Source: Candidatus Kaiserbacteria bacterium (GTDB lineage: Bacteria; Patescibacteriota; Minisyncoccia; Phycocordibacterales; UBA2100). Taken from it: a stretch of 64,000 bases of DNA. The position numbers and the translations under genes are program-made. The stretch is from contig JAQBRI010000007.1 in NCBI GenBank assembly GCA_028286585.1, forward strand, positions 18,479 to 82,478, given 5' to 3'. Shown here one piece after another: positions 27,376 to 37,536 of this stretch. Within the stretch, counting starts at the first letter, position 1. The number at the start of each line of letters is the position of its first letter. The notes under the pieces were generated by a model. The model worked only from the letters and a program-made list of their open reading frames with translations, was not told where the DNA came from and made no database searches.

Positions 27376-29310
27376 CTATTCTCCATGTAGTGAACTACTG
27401 TTAAGGCTGCTTGCAACCGGAGCAGTGTCTTCGCCTGGCGCATAGGGAGCGTGTGCTGTCGTTGCGTTATTTGTCGCCGTATTTACACGGTCGCTCTCTT
27501 GTGAGACTGCAAGATCTTGTTTTGCTTTCTTGATAGCCAAAATTTGCGAAGGGTCCGAGGTAATGATTTGGTCTTCGGTATAACTTGCAATAACTTTGAG
27601 TGCGACATGTTTGAGTCCAGCAAAGAAGATCCCCTCCCCTACATCACTTTCGAGCAAAAGATATTTTTCCTCATCAGAAAGCTTGAACGTTTGCTGCACA
27701 AGATCAACGGATGTTGGTGACTGGCGAAGCAGTAATTGAATGGATGAGTTAGTGATCATCGGCACGCCATAAGGTGAATTGAGAAAGTCGGACACGTCCT
27801 GCGTTATAGTGGACACACCGAGGTAATATTTACGACCGCGTTTAATAATGCCAAACAAAAACGAAGCAGTGTCTTCACTGCGCATCATCCACCAGGCCTC
27901 ATCGATAATAAGAAGTCGTTTACGCAATTCTTTGCGCACTGTATTCCAAATATGGTGCGTAATGATGTACATGGCAACAGGCTTGAGGTCGTCTTCCATG
28001 TCCCGCACGCTAAATACGACAAGACGCTTGTTCATGTCAACGTTTGTTGGCCTGTTCATAAAGCCAGACCAGGTACCTTTTGTATATTTTGAGAGTCGTG
28101 CGACGAGCGAGTCACTCCCTTCCATGCCCGAAAGCACCAATTCAAAGTCCGAAAGTAGCGGTGGTTCAACCTGTGCAAAATTTGCATCGGCCGTAATGTC
28201 CTTCAGGGCATACGTTTCAGTAATAGCTCGATCAATTACAGCATCTTCTTCTGGAGTGAGTCCGCCAAGCATGATGCGGAACAATCCGACGAGCGTAATG
28301 ATGTTGTTGCGAAGAATATCAGAAGGATTTTCGTCTTCTCGCGGAATTGGAAGATCAAATGGATTGATGTGGTGTTCTGACGAAAGAGAGATATTAAAAT
28401 ATCGGCCGCCGACTGTTTCTGCAAGGTATTCGTATTCCCGCTCAGGGTCGATCACAATAACCTCGGTATCAAACATGAGACTTCGCAAAATCTCTAATTT
28501 TGTTGTGTAGGATTTACCAGCACCCGATTTTGCAAATGTTACCGAGTTATAATTTTCGAGCGAAAAACGATCAAACAGAATGAGTGATGAGTTATGGCGG
28601 TTGATTCCGTACAAAATACCGCGATCCGAAGTAAGGTCAAATGAAATAAATGGAAAAATAGAAGAAAGTGGCGCGGAATTCAGCTTTGTGTGGACTGCGA
28701 GCTCGTCAGTTCCAATTGGTAGCACCGAACGAAATCCCTGTTCCTGCTGAAAGAGCGCCGGTCGAATATAGACAAGTCTCGATTCGAGAATTCCGCGTAC
28801 CTCAGTCTCGATTTTATCCAATTCTTCGTGGGTTTTTCCATACACAGTGAGATAAATTCCCACATCAAACATACGTTCCTGCGCTTGCTGCAAGGAATCA
28901 CGAAGCTGCTCGAGGTCACTATAGCCGGTATCAAGCATTGGGTCCCGCACCATTCCCTTTTCTTCGCGAGTAGCAATTTGTGACTGGACTTCGGCAACCT
29001 TTTTTTGAAACTTGCGAAGCATTTCATTGGTATCGAGCGGATGGATAAAGATAGAAATATCCAACACCTTGTCCATGTTGATAATCGGTGCAAACCAGCC
29101 AGTTGTAAGAAATCGAGGATATGAAATAACAAAAAATGTGCGCGCGATTTTTTCTCCAAGATCAAGTTCGCGTGAATCAACGCGGAGTGCGTGCGGTGCA
29201 ATAACATCCTGCAAATTTAATACTCCCGAGCGATAGATTTCATCAGGCAAGACCGGAAGAACCGACGGTGCCGGTTCTTTTGTTCCAGTTAAAAAATCAA
29301 AAAGTGCCAT
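27376..29310 (-). CDS. VirB4/TraC-like secretion ATPase
   Basis: AKSGAGKS Walker A, IDPEREY, INPFD, LLIIDEAW, RKY, ITQ. Confidence 0.9.
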   Translation of the reverse strand: MALFDFLTGTKEPAPSVLPVLPDEIYRSGVLNLQDVIAPHALRVDSRELDLGEKIARTFFVISYPRFLTTGWFAPIINMDKVLDISIFIHPLDTNEMLRKFQKKVAEVQSQIATREEKGMVRDPMLDTGYSDLEQLRDSLQQAQERMFDVGIYLTVYGKTHEELDKIETEVRGILESRLVYIRPALFQQEQGFRSVLPIGTDELAVHTKLNSAPLSSIFPFISFDLTSDRGILYGINRHNSSLILFDRFSLENYNSVTFAKSGAGKSYTTKLEILRSLMFDTEVIVIDPEREYEYLAETVGGRYFNISLSSEHHINPFDLPIPREDENPSDILRNNIITLVGLFRIMLGGLTPEEDAVIDRAITETYALKDITADANFAQVEPPLLSDFELVLSGMEGSDSLVARLSKYTKGTWSGFMNRPTNVDMNKRLVVFSVRDMEDDLKPVAMYIITHHIWNTVRKELRKRLLIIDEAWWMMRSEDTASFLFGIIKRGRKYYLGVSTITQDVSDFLNSPYGVPMITNSSIQLLLRQSPTSVDLVQQTFKLSDEEKYLLLESDVGEGIFFAGLKHVALKVIASYTEDQIITSDPSQILAIKKAKQDLAVSQESDRVNTATNNATTAHAPYAPGEDTAPVASSLNSSSLHGE

Positions 29311-29315
29311 AAGTA

Positions 29316-29969
29316 TTATTGTGAATCAAGCGGCATTGGTTTGCCTTCTTCGCCCGGATTAAATAGTTTGTATAACAATTCAATCGCCTCCTCGGTACCT
29401 AATTGTACAGTACGTACTCCCGTTCGAGTAAGTCCCTGCTGAACAATTGAGACACGCTGTTCAAGCTGCGACACTTGTTCTTCAAATGTTCGGCTTACTT
29501 CTGTTGCAGTCTGTTTTTTTCCAAAAGATAAGAATGATTTACCGCCTGAACCAATAGGCGCTGTCGGTGAATATGGAATGACTACAAAAAAGTTCTTTGT
29601 CATAATGCTTGCTGCTTCGGTAAAGCTTTTGATGAATTCAATGTATTCTCGGATTTGAGTGCGCATCAGGTCGTCGATTTGGTTTTTGTAGGCTACTTCG
29701 AGCGTTGCGATGTAGGGACGAATATCAAGCATACGAGACTCGATGAATATTTGTACCGAAAAATCAAGAGAGTTAAGAAAGTTTTGAAATTGAACAATGA
29801 AAGCCGTCTGCTCATCCTCGGATTTGAGTGCAAAGTTAATGGAAGACGCTAGCAGGATTGCACGCAGTGACGAGTCTTTGAGTACGACGACTCCATCACG
29901 TACCTCATTAATGGGCACAAAGTCTTGTGTTGAGGCGGATTTAACTTTTGTATTCATTGTTGAAGGCAT
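29316..29969 (-). CDS. VirB4-associated protein (TraC N-terminal-like)
   Basis: SINFALKSEDEQ...FQNFLNSLDF; lies between prgI-like and virB4-like genes. Confidence 0.65.
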   Translation of the reverse strand: MPSTMNTKVKSASTQDFVPINEVRDGVVVLKDSSLRAILLASSINFALKSEDEQTAFIVQFQNFLNSLDFSVQIFIESRMLDIRPYIATLEVAYKNQIDDLMRTQIREYIEFIKSFTEAASIMTKNFFVVIPYSPTAPIGSGGKSFLSFGKKQTATEVSRTFEEQVSQLEQRVSIVQQGLTRTGVRTVQLGTEEAIELLYKLFNPGEEGKPMPLDSQ

Positions 29970-29978
29970 AGGTAAAGA

Positions 29979-30494
29979 TTATTCGGCAACTTTTCGTGAA
30001 CCAGGCCCGATAGCATCGCGTGCAGTTCGAATCGCAAACACTCCCCCGCCCTGCACCCGATCATCATCGCTTGCAGCGCCCGAGGCAATACGTTCCTTGA
30101 TATCAAGCGACCATGCAAGATCGTGAATCTTACTTTCGGTAAGTTTGGGAACGTAGAGTGTCGGATCGTTCGAAAGCGTTCGCTCAAGCTCGTTTGGAGA
30201 TATTGGTTTTGTCGGGCGCGTATTACTCCACAAATACAGGCGTGGATGAATAAAATAGTAAAATACGCTTTCGAGCCAAACAATAAATGATCTGCCGTTT
30301 ACTTGAGCAAAAGCAAGTGCAGCCGCAAGTCCAACCATCCCTATTGCAAGCGGTATAGCCAAAAAAACAGGAAAGATACGATACAAAATATATGAAAGTC
30401 CGAGTCCTCCAGCCATCCATATAAATTGCCGAAATGTAAATGGACCAAAAATTTTGTCTTCCACTTCAATAAACTGTGGCACTTGAAACTGCAT
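29979..30494 (-). CDS. PrgI-family (VirB3-like) membrane protein
   Basis: QVPQFIEVEDKIFGPFTFRQF followed by two TM helices. Confidence 0.85.
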   Translation of the reverse strand: MQFQVPQFIEVEDKIFGPFTFRQFIWMAGGLGLSYILYRIFPVFLAIPLAIGMVGLAAALAFAQVNGRSFIVWLESVFYYFIHPRLYLWSNTRPTKPISPNELERTLSNDPTLYVPKLTESKIHDLAWSLDIKERIASGAASDDDRVQGGGVFAIRTARDAIGPGSRKVAE

Positions 30495-30574
30495 GTCTAT
30501 AGTATAGCAGGCAGAAACAGTTACACATGTAAATGCATGTGTATTTTTTATATAACTGCAAATTATATAAGTAT

Positions 30575-31117
30575 TTAGACCGGCTGTTCGCGATACGGGT
30601 CTCCTACAACATCTTTTCGTTCGTGACTCGCAGTATTCGTGTAGTTGGGATGTGCATCACTTCGTACGGCTTGCGTTACCGGTGCTTCTGGAATCGGCGC
30701 AAGCGGTGCAGGTTTTACAAATGGCACAACAACTGGCTGTGGAGCGGTGGTTTGTATTGACAGCATGTCAGATGGAGCGTTTTTAGGGTTATCTGATGAG
30801 AGTGAGGACTCGAGTTCGGTGCGAATTGGCTCAAAAACAATGCGAGAAATGTCCGCGGCCAATAAAACTGCAGCCTCATGATCCATTTTGACCTCGCGTT
30901 CAATGTTTGCTGCGAGGTTTTCTGGCTTATCAAGCCCTAAAAGGGTCATCATTACCTCGTTTTCCAAAAGTTCCCACTGATCGAGATGCAGTTTGTGCGT
31001 CTTTGAAAGATCCCGTAGATGAGCCTCAATATCCGCCGATGTTATAGCATCTTGCACGACTTGGGGTAATGCAGCTATTCGGGCATCAAGTTCTTGTTGT
31101 AATGTGTCTTGTTCCAT
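30575..31117 (-). CDS. Conserved-looking hypothetical protein
   Basis: Helical N-terminal domain, Pro-rich linker, C-terminal DPYRE. Confidence 0.6.
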   Translation of the reverse strand: MEQDTLQQELDARIAALPQVVQDAITSADIEAHLRDLSKTHKLHLDQWELLENEVMMTLLGLDKPENLAANIEREVKMDHEAAVLLAADISRIVFEPIRTELESSLSSDNPKNAPSDMLSIQTTAPQPVVVPFVKPAPLAPIPEAPVTQAVRSDAHPNYTNTASHERKDVVGDPYREQPV

Positions 31118-31121
31118 ATGT

Positions 31122-33671
31122 TTAAGTTCCATCTTCCTTTGGAGGAGTATATCTTCGTCCAGAAGCTTGAGCACGTTCCTTCAATTTTTCTTCGTCTGTG
31201 CGTTGCTTCGAGAATTTACGAGTTGCGGACTTGATCATATCTTTTGTTTCAGTGTGATGAGTTCTCATTCTTTCACGCATTCTTTCCGTTATAGATCCTG
31301 TTGCAAGACCTGGATCATCCGGATTATTTGAAATCTTATCAACCTCCTCATTAATCAGATGATCACTTACCCTACTCTGCAAAGATTCCGCCTCCTTGAT
31401 TGCGTCGGTACGTACCGTCTCTCCCTTTTTGTCGTGTTCAGCAAGCTTCTTTCCAGAGTCATTGTATCTCGCCTTGAGTGAATCCATAGGTGCGCCAATA
31501 GTTGTATCCAGTTTTTGATGGAATGAGATAAGTGATTTTGTGGCAGACTCGATTTTTGCATCTTGCTGTTTAATCTGCTGTTGACGGGTGGCCTTAGCAG
31601 CTTCCATACGCATTGATGCAATCGATGCGGCCGCCTCATCTTTGTTGGCTTGAGCAAGGTTATAATCTTGCTCAGCACTTTTGCGCTCCGTATCGATCGC
31701 ATTGAGCGCAGTAGCTTTTTCGTTTGTAGCAATAACGACAGCATTCTTAAGATTATCAAACTGAGCACCCTCACCGGTTGAATCAGCAGCTGCTTTGCGC
31801 ATATTTTCAATATCCTGTGAAGCCCTTGTTCGCTCTGCCGCAATTGCGTCACGCTCCCTATCATGGTCAGCGGCCTTTGTATCCGCATACTCTTTCTTTT
31901 CGTCGTTGCTCATTTTTGCAACCTTAGAACGTTCATCTATATCCTTACCAGTACGTTGAACTTTGCCATAAAATCCATCTTTCTTGTCTTTACTAGTTTG
32001 CCCAGCCCCCTCACGTCCAAGTAGTTTCGCACCACTTTGGCCGAGTTTTGTATCCATAAAGTTATAACTTCTTTTAGATTTTGTATCTGCAGCTGCCTTG
32101 AGTTTCTCAAGTTCCGCAAGACGTTCGTTTTTTTGTTTGAATGCTGCAGAATTTTGATCAAGATTTGCCATTTGAAAGCGGAGACTTTTCTGTTCATTTT
32201 CATGAGCAACTTTTTCTTTGAGCGCGTTTCTACCCGCATAGTTTTGCAAACCTCTTGCAGCTAATCCGGATCCTCCGGCAAGACCAAATGCACCTGCAAC
32301 TCCAAGAGCCTTTCCTGCAAAGTCACCAATACCACTCATGGCACCACCACCGTTTGTTGCGAGAATGCGAGACATTTTAAAAGAAACTAAAAGAAGTCCT
32401 GTTACTAATAGGTATGTAAACAAGACTGTCCAAGGTTGTACGCCTGCAGCGGCGTCCGGCGGAGCTGCGGCTGGATTAATTAAGTTTCCCAGACTAAGCG
32501 TGTTTTGAGAGACACCCGACAAAAGTTTGAGCGATATAGCAAGCATTAACATCAAAATTGGTCCAAAAATAGCATTATTAATCAATGTTTTCCACCACAT
32601 GTCCCATCCAAAATGACTGTTTGAAAGTGCTGGGTGCAAATAGGTGGCAAAAGCAATTGCCGAAGTTAGCATTACCAGAATTAACATGAGAAATCGCAAA
32701 AAAAGCAGGTAGCAGCCATAAAAAAGGACCACTGCAATACCGAATAATAATATTCCCGCAAAAAGTCCATAAATAAATCTAAAACCAAGATCAGCTGCCC
32801 CCCCAGGGTTTGAAGTTGAGCTTGCAGCTTTATTGATAACCCCTGCTGAATCAGTCCATATACTCGTGATACCGAGGGGTTTTAAAAATGATGCAGCGAT
32901 ATCTTTTTGATCACTCGAAACTCCTGCATCATAAAATTTAACTGCGGTTAAATTTGATGCATCAATAATAAGCTTTGCAAACAGCAGACTAAAATTAATC
33001 AATACAGCAATAACAATGACTCGTGCGATCATCTTCTTGTCACCAAATTCTTTTAGTCCCAAAATAATGCTTATCGCTATAAATGCGAACAGGCCAATGA
33101 TAACAATGTTTGAAAGATCACGGAAAACAGTCCAAATGGTAGGTATTAATCCTTTTAATCCGAACAAATCCATACCTTTTCCAAAGTCTGTAACTGCTAA
33201 ACTTAGTAACGCATCAAAAAATGTCCCGGCCAGCCGCAGACAGAGGGCCCCAAGCATTATAAAAAGTGAAGAAATGAAAGTTATTGTAGGGCTCAAGACA
33301 CACTCATTAAAATCAAAATCGACACCAGTTACCCCAACGCTACAGGTAGAAGGAGAGGCAGGGGTTTTGGTCGTATTACCGGCCGTATCGGTGCGCGTCT
33401 TAGTAAGACTATTGTCTTCAGAAAGGAGATTTTGACTTTGGTCAAACCACAAAACACTAGCGTTTGTGGTGCCACAACCAAACTGCGCATTTTGTGGAGC
33501 CTGTGCAAAAAAAGCAGTGCTACCGGCACTGCCTCTTGCGATAACTGTGCCGGCCTCACAACTGTCAGAAACGTTTAAAGCGTGGAGTGTGAATGGAGAA
33601 AATAGAGAAAAAATTACAACAAGAGCAAGAAAAACAAACTGGTATTTTATTTGGAATAAAATAGTACTCAT
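31122..33671 (-). CDS. VirB6/TrbL-like polytopic membrane protein with a long C-terminal coiled coil
   Basis: WTVFRDLSN, LINFSL, DASN, multiple TM helices, charged helical tail. Confidence 0.7.
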   Translation of the reverse strand: MSTILFQIKYQFVFLALVVIFSLFSPFTLHALNVSDSCEAGTVIARGSAGSTAFFAQAPQNAQFGCGTTNASVLWFDQSQNLLSEDNSLTKTRTDTAGNTTKTPASPSTCSVGVTGVDFDFNECVLSPTITFISSLFIMLGALCLRLAGTFFDALLSLAVTDFGKGMDLFGLKGLIPTIWTVFRDLSNIVIIGLFAFIAISIILGLKEFGDKKMIARVIVIAVLINFSLLFAKLIIDASNLTAVKFYDAGVSSDQKDIAASFLKPLGITSIWTDSAGVINKAASSTSNPGGAADLGFRFIYGLFAGILLFGIAVVLFYGCYLLFLRFLMLILVMLTSAIAFATYLHPALSNSHFGWDMWWKTLINNAIFGPILMLMLAISLKLLSGVSQNTLSLGNLINPAAAPPDAAAGVQPWTVLFTYLLVTGLLLVSFKMSRILATNGGGAMSGIGDFAGKALGVAGAFGLAGGSGLAARGLQNYAGRNALKEKVAHENEQKSLRFQMANLDQNSAAFKQKNERLAELEKLKAAADTKSKRSYNFMDTKLGQSGAKLLGREGAGQTSKDKKDGFYGKVQRTGKDIDERSKVAKMSNDEKKEYADTKAADHDRERDAIAAERTRASQDIENMRKAAADSTGEGAQFDNLKNAVVIATNEKATALNAIDTERKSAEQDYNLAQANKDEAAASIASMRMEAAKATRQQQIKQQDAKIESATKSLISFHQKLDTTIGAPMDSLKARYNDSGKKLAEHDKKGETVRTDAIKEAESLQSRVSDHLINEEVDKISNNPDDPGLATGSITERMRERMRTHHTETKDMIKSATRKFSKQRTDEEKLKERAQASGRRYTPPKEDGT

Positions 33672-33672
33672 A

Positions 33673-35322
33673 TTATTTCCACGCGTTTTGCCACATGGTT
33701 ATTGTTGCAGGGTTGTTGACGTTGCACCAGCCTGAATTTGGGTCATTTGGGTTTGCAGGATTTGGCGCCCCGTCGCCCCATGTCTGCTGAAGTGTTCCAG
33801 GATTTCCGGGTGTGCCAAGGAATACCGCCAGTTGATTTACAATTCCCTGTTTGGTTGGAGTGAGTGCGTCGATATCTGTCTGATTATGAAAGGCGTTTTG
33901 GGCAACGAGCTGGTTAAATTGTGCTATTGCCTGCGCTTGTGCAGTATTTGACGAAGTGTTTGCAACGCTCGCGATGAGTCTGTCGATATTTGTAAGAGCA
34001 GACTGCGATTTGGACAATCCTGTCGTTACTGCTGTTGCGTATGGTTGTATTTGTGCCGCAATGACAGCTTGAGATGCTGTAGTTGTTGTTGCAATATGCA
34101 GTGTTGTTCCTCCTGATGTGGTGCAAGTCGCACCTGCTGCCGTGTAATTTGGTGCGCCAGAGCAGGCAGCAGCAATAATGCCGGTCCAGCAAGCATTTTC
34201 GGTACCGCGTACCTGTCCTATCGCCTGAGTCAACAGATCGGCGATTCCAGCGAGTACGTTATAATATGCGGCTTCTACCTGACGGGCAGTGCTTAGAGTT
34301 TGAAGTGCGATATTTGTAACGGTACTAATTACACCTTGCGTCGCGTTTTTAGAAACTTGGTCAAAGTATGATGGTTGGCCGCCACTGTTCGAACCAAGTG
34401 CCGAGAGCCCGCCACTGTTTTGAAGTATTTGATTACCCATACCGGTAAAGAGTGCGCTGACCATCTGTCCAATATCGTTGGCGCTTTCGGTTTGTCTGAA
34501 CCCCGATGTAAGTGCCTGTTGTGCTATTGCATTTACAACAGAAGCTGGAGTAACTGTGCGTGTTATTCCGTCAGCGCCAACTTCAGTTTGTGGATAGGTG
34601 CCTTGTCCCCAACTGAGCTGAGTCATCATATTGTTGTATGCATTATTTGTATCCTCCTGCAGGTGTTCTTGTGCTATTTCATATGCACCAAGCGGATAAC
34701 AGGCCGGGTTACTTGTGAATGTTCCAAGAGCATCAAACAATGGAGTTGTTGCTGTCACGGGGTTTGGACACCGAAGATCAGCATATGGATTATCCGTTTG
34801 AGCAATCCACGATTGCGCAAGTGACCGGGTAACAGCGCTGCTGAATGCTGGCGCCATAGTGGACTGAGCAGTTTGAAGAGATTTGACAGCGGTAGTGTTC
34901 TGAACAGTGACCCCTTCTTGTTGGTAGTTTTGTGAAAACATCGGGGTCCCGTCACGACCTGTAAGATAACTACGTGAAGTTTGGTTTGTTGTGTCTGCAA
35001 TCGCCTTTTCTCGAAGTCTATCAACGAGAGGTCGGAGCTGACACGCTACATAGACCAAATAACCTGTGTTTAGGGTCACTGCTGCGTCACTTACCGGCAC
35101 ATATACAGATGAACGTGCAGAAAAAGCACCTACACTTTGTCCATATGCCGCAGTTTGATTACAGCTCAGGATACCATCATTGGAAACTGTTGGCGGAGGA
35201 GCGGATGTTGCCGCAGCATCACTCGTTGCTATCTGCTGGCTTTCTGTTGTTACTTGAGCCAATACGATAACTGGAAGCAGCGCCGCGACGATAATGGTTG
35301 AAATGTAGGTTGAGTAGTTCAT
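33673..35322 (-). CDS. Secreted helical protein in T4SS-like cluster
   Basis: Signal peptide, Gln/Ala/Thr-rich, paired Cys. Confidence 0.6.
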   Translation of the reverse strand: MNYSTYISTIIVAALLPVIVLAQVTTESQQIATSDAAATSAPPPTVSNDGILSCNQTAAYGQSVGAFSARSSVYVPVSDAAVTLNTGYLVYVACQLRPLVDRLREKAIADTTNQTSRSYLTGRDGTPMFSQNYQQEGVTVQNTTAVKSLQTAQSTMAPAFSSAVTRSLAQSWIAQTDNPYADLRCPNPVTATTPLFDALGTFTSNPACYPLGAYEIAQEHLQEDTNNAYNNMMTQLSWGQGTYPQTEVGADGITRTVTPASVVNAIAQQALTSGFRQTESANDIGQMVSALFTGMGNQILQNSGGLSALGSNSGGQPSYFDQVSKNATQGVISTVTNIALQTLSTARQVEAAYYNVLAGIADLLTQAIGQVRGTENACWTGIIAAACSGAPNYTAAGATCTTSGGTTLHIATTTTASQAVIAAQIQPYATAVTTGLSKSQSALTNIDRLIASVANTSSNTAQAQAIAQFNQLVAQNAFHNQTDIDALTPTKQGIVNQLAVFLGTPGNPGTLQQTWGDGAPNPANPNDPNSGWCNVNNPATITMWQNAWK

Positions 35323-35323
35323 T

Positions 35324-36097
35324 TTATTTTTTGGCCGAAGCGTTCTTTCTCGCAATGTACTGTCCAATCGCATCAAAAGAAGAAACTACATCGTTTTGAG
35401 CTTGTGTATACACTTGCAGTGCTGCTGCAGAACCTATCGGATCTTGTGCTTGAGCAATCATCAAATTAAGTGTAGCCGCAAATTCTCGCATGGCATTTAC
35501 GATACCCACATGTTCCGAAGTTGCATCGGTCGGTACTGTAATTGTTATTGTGTTGGATGCCGCAAGAGAATAGTTGGCCGATGCATCTTTGAGTTGTTGT
35601 AAATACGTAGGATCTTGGGTTTGTGTATACAAAGAAAATAGTCCGACTTCGGATTGCGTATTTGCAAGAAGCGGCTTAAGAGCTGCTTGAAGCGCCGAAC
35701 GATACACAAGCATGCGCGCATACGAAGTGTCCGTGTCTGTTTTTATATTACTGTACTGCGCGATTTGATATGTGACAGTCGGTTTGAGGCTGCTTCCTAA
35801 GTTCGCAGCAACCGATTGAGCTGTCGAAGTTGAATATGAGCCTGACTGAATCAAGGCCGAATATGATGCGATAAGCTGATTCATCACCTGTACTCCTACT
35901 GGAGTGGTGCTCGCCTGATTAAATGCAGCGTTTTGGGCATTTATTGTAGTGCCGTTTGTTTGATTTCCTGCGTTTACAATGACGCTACTTACCGGGATGC
36001 GGAAAACACTCCAGACGAGAACGGCGACTAATACGATAACAGCTCCTATCGCTGTTGTGCGTATGGAAAATCCTTGATTTTTTGTAGCAGTATCCAC
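35324..36097 (-). CDS. Membrane-anchored hypothetical protein (helical C-terminal domain)
   Basis: N-terminal TM helix; GTG start 6 nt after TGCTATACT. Confidence 0.6.
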   Translation of the reverse strand: MDTATKNQGFSIRTTAIGAVIVLVAVLVWSVFRIPVSSVIVNAGNQTNGTTINAQNAAFNQASTTPVGVQVMNQLIASYSALIQSGSYSTSTAQSVAANLGSSLKPTVTYQIAQYSNIKTDTDTSYARMLVYRSALQAALKPLLANTQSEVGLFSLYTQTQDPTYLQQLKDASANYSLAASNTITITVPTDATSEHVGIVNAMREFAATLNLMIAQAQDPIGSAAALQVYTQAQNDVVSSFDAIGQYIARKNASAKK

Positions 36098-36171
36098 GCT
36101 AATAGTATAGCACCAGAAAAAAGAATTTTGATACAGTAATTCGCACGTTTTAGTCTTTTTTGTAGAGCTAT

Positions 36172-37086
36172 TTACAATCCCCCGCTGCCGCCCGAGAAAG
36201 TAAACACACTTCCAGGATCAGTTTGTGAAAACGACACTTCATTTAATGAAAATACGAGCGCAATGCCTACAAACGCATGGGTAAATGTATCGGTTGTTGC
36301 GTTATATGTTTTTAGTGCGGCAATATAATCAGCGTCTCTTTGAGACTGCGCCTGTGCCGTTTTTATAAGAGATGTGCCGACAGTCTTGTAGCTTTGTGCA
36401 AGTGCAGATCCGGAAGGTTTAATCGTCTTTGGAGCTGTATCTACCGAGGCGATGTTATTGCCAAGTTCAATCATATCTCTACCGATTTTTTCGACAGCAG
36501 CTTCCTTGGCGGAGTCTTGTCTGTCATTAACTGCACCCGTAATAATCTGTACTACTGATTGATGTGTCGCCTCATATCCTTGTATCATTGATCCAATTTC
36601 GTTCCCATATTGATATAAGGCATCCTGTGTCCCCGATCGTGATGGTGCACTCGAGGTACTCACTAGACCAGATGGAATGTAGCTCCATACATTTATGTCG
36701 CCTACCGAAGAACTGGTAGTCTGTGTTTTTGGCTTTGTTCCTGCCGGCAATGATATTGATTGCAGTAGAGCGTCAAGATTGTCGGTCGTTACTGCTGTGT
36801 AACTTCCCTGAAGTGCGCTACCAGTATTGTTTCCAGTCGAGTTGGTGGTGTAAGGAAGCGTTTGAGTTGCGTATGCTTGTGAAGGCGTAGTTTGAGGTGT
36901 TGGAACCGGATTTGTGGCTGCCGAAATCTGGCCATTAGTACTTGGTGAATTTGGATTCCATGCCTGTTCACTGACATACGCGGGATACGAAGCACGATTT
37001 TGCACGAGGATTGCTCCAAGTATGAGTAGGGCACCAGCTATTATGGATCCTACAATTAATGGATGTTCACGCATTCGTTCGATCAT
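36172..37086 (-). CDS. Membrane-anchored hypothetical protein, possible paralog of 35324-36097
   Basis: TM helix, Thr/Ser-rich linker, helical C-terminal domain. Confidence 0.6.
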   Translation of the reverse strand: MIERMREHPLIVGSIIAGALLILGAILVQNRASYPAYVSEQAWNPNSPSTNGQISAATNPVPTPQTTPSQAYATQTLPYTTNSTGNNTGSALQGSYTAVTTDNLDALLQSISLPAGTKPKTQTTSSSVGDINVWSYIPSGLVSTSSAPSRSGTQDALYQYGNEIGSMIQGYEATHQSVVQIITGAVNDRQDSAKEAAVEKIGRDMIELGNNIASVDTAPKTIKPSGSALAQSYKTVGTSLIKTAQAQSQRDADYIAALKTYNATTDTFTHAFVGIALVFSLNEVSFSQTDPGSVFTFSGGSGGL

Positions 37087-37189
37087 GTCATAAATAGTAG
37101 CATGGCTTTGAAGTGAGCAGTCCTATTCCATTTCTATTAGTGAGTGTATGTCGCCGTATGCATCCAAAAAGGCGCTATACTGTATGTAT

Positions 37190-37507
37190 ATGAAGAACTT
37201 TTTACCGGCCACCATTCTTGTGGCGAGTTTCTTTTTGCCCCTCGTATCTTTTGCGTCACCATTTGGAGGATCAATTGGTACGATCGTACCTTGTTATAAC
37301 CAGGCGATTTATGCAAGCGTGGGTCCTCCAGTTGGCGGGCAGTTTATATGGACACCAGCGACACAGACCTATCAATTTGGCCCTCCGCGCCATTCCGGAC
37401 AGTGGCTCCTTGGTCTTTATGGTGTTCCCTATTATTGTATTGTTTCAATCGAACCGATTGTTGTGTGGCCGGGACTTAATATCACCATGATGGGTTCCTC
37501 TCAGTAA
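37190..37507 (+). CDS. Small secreted protein with two Cys
   Basis: Signal peptide, PFGG, WLLGLY. Confidence 0.6.
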   Translation: MKNFLPATILVASFFLPLVSFASPFGGSIGTIVPCYNQAIYASVGPPVGGQFIWTPATQTYQFGPPRHSGQWLLGLYGVPYYCIVSIEPIVVWPGLNITMMGSSQ

Positions 37508-37536
37508 AAGGGTCGCTCATGCGTATTTTTGAAAGT

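Noticed and set aside
30519-30534. parS-like AGTTACACATGTAAAT
   Set aside because: Lacks the central CACGTG and is isolated
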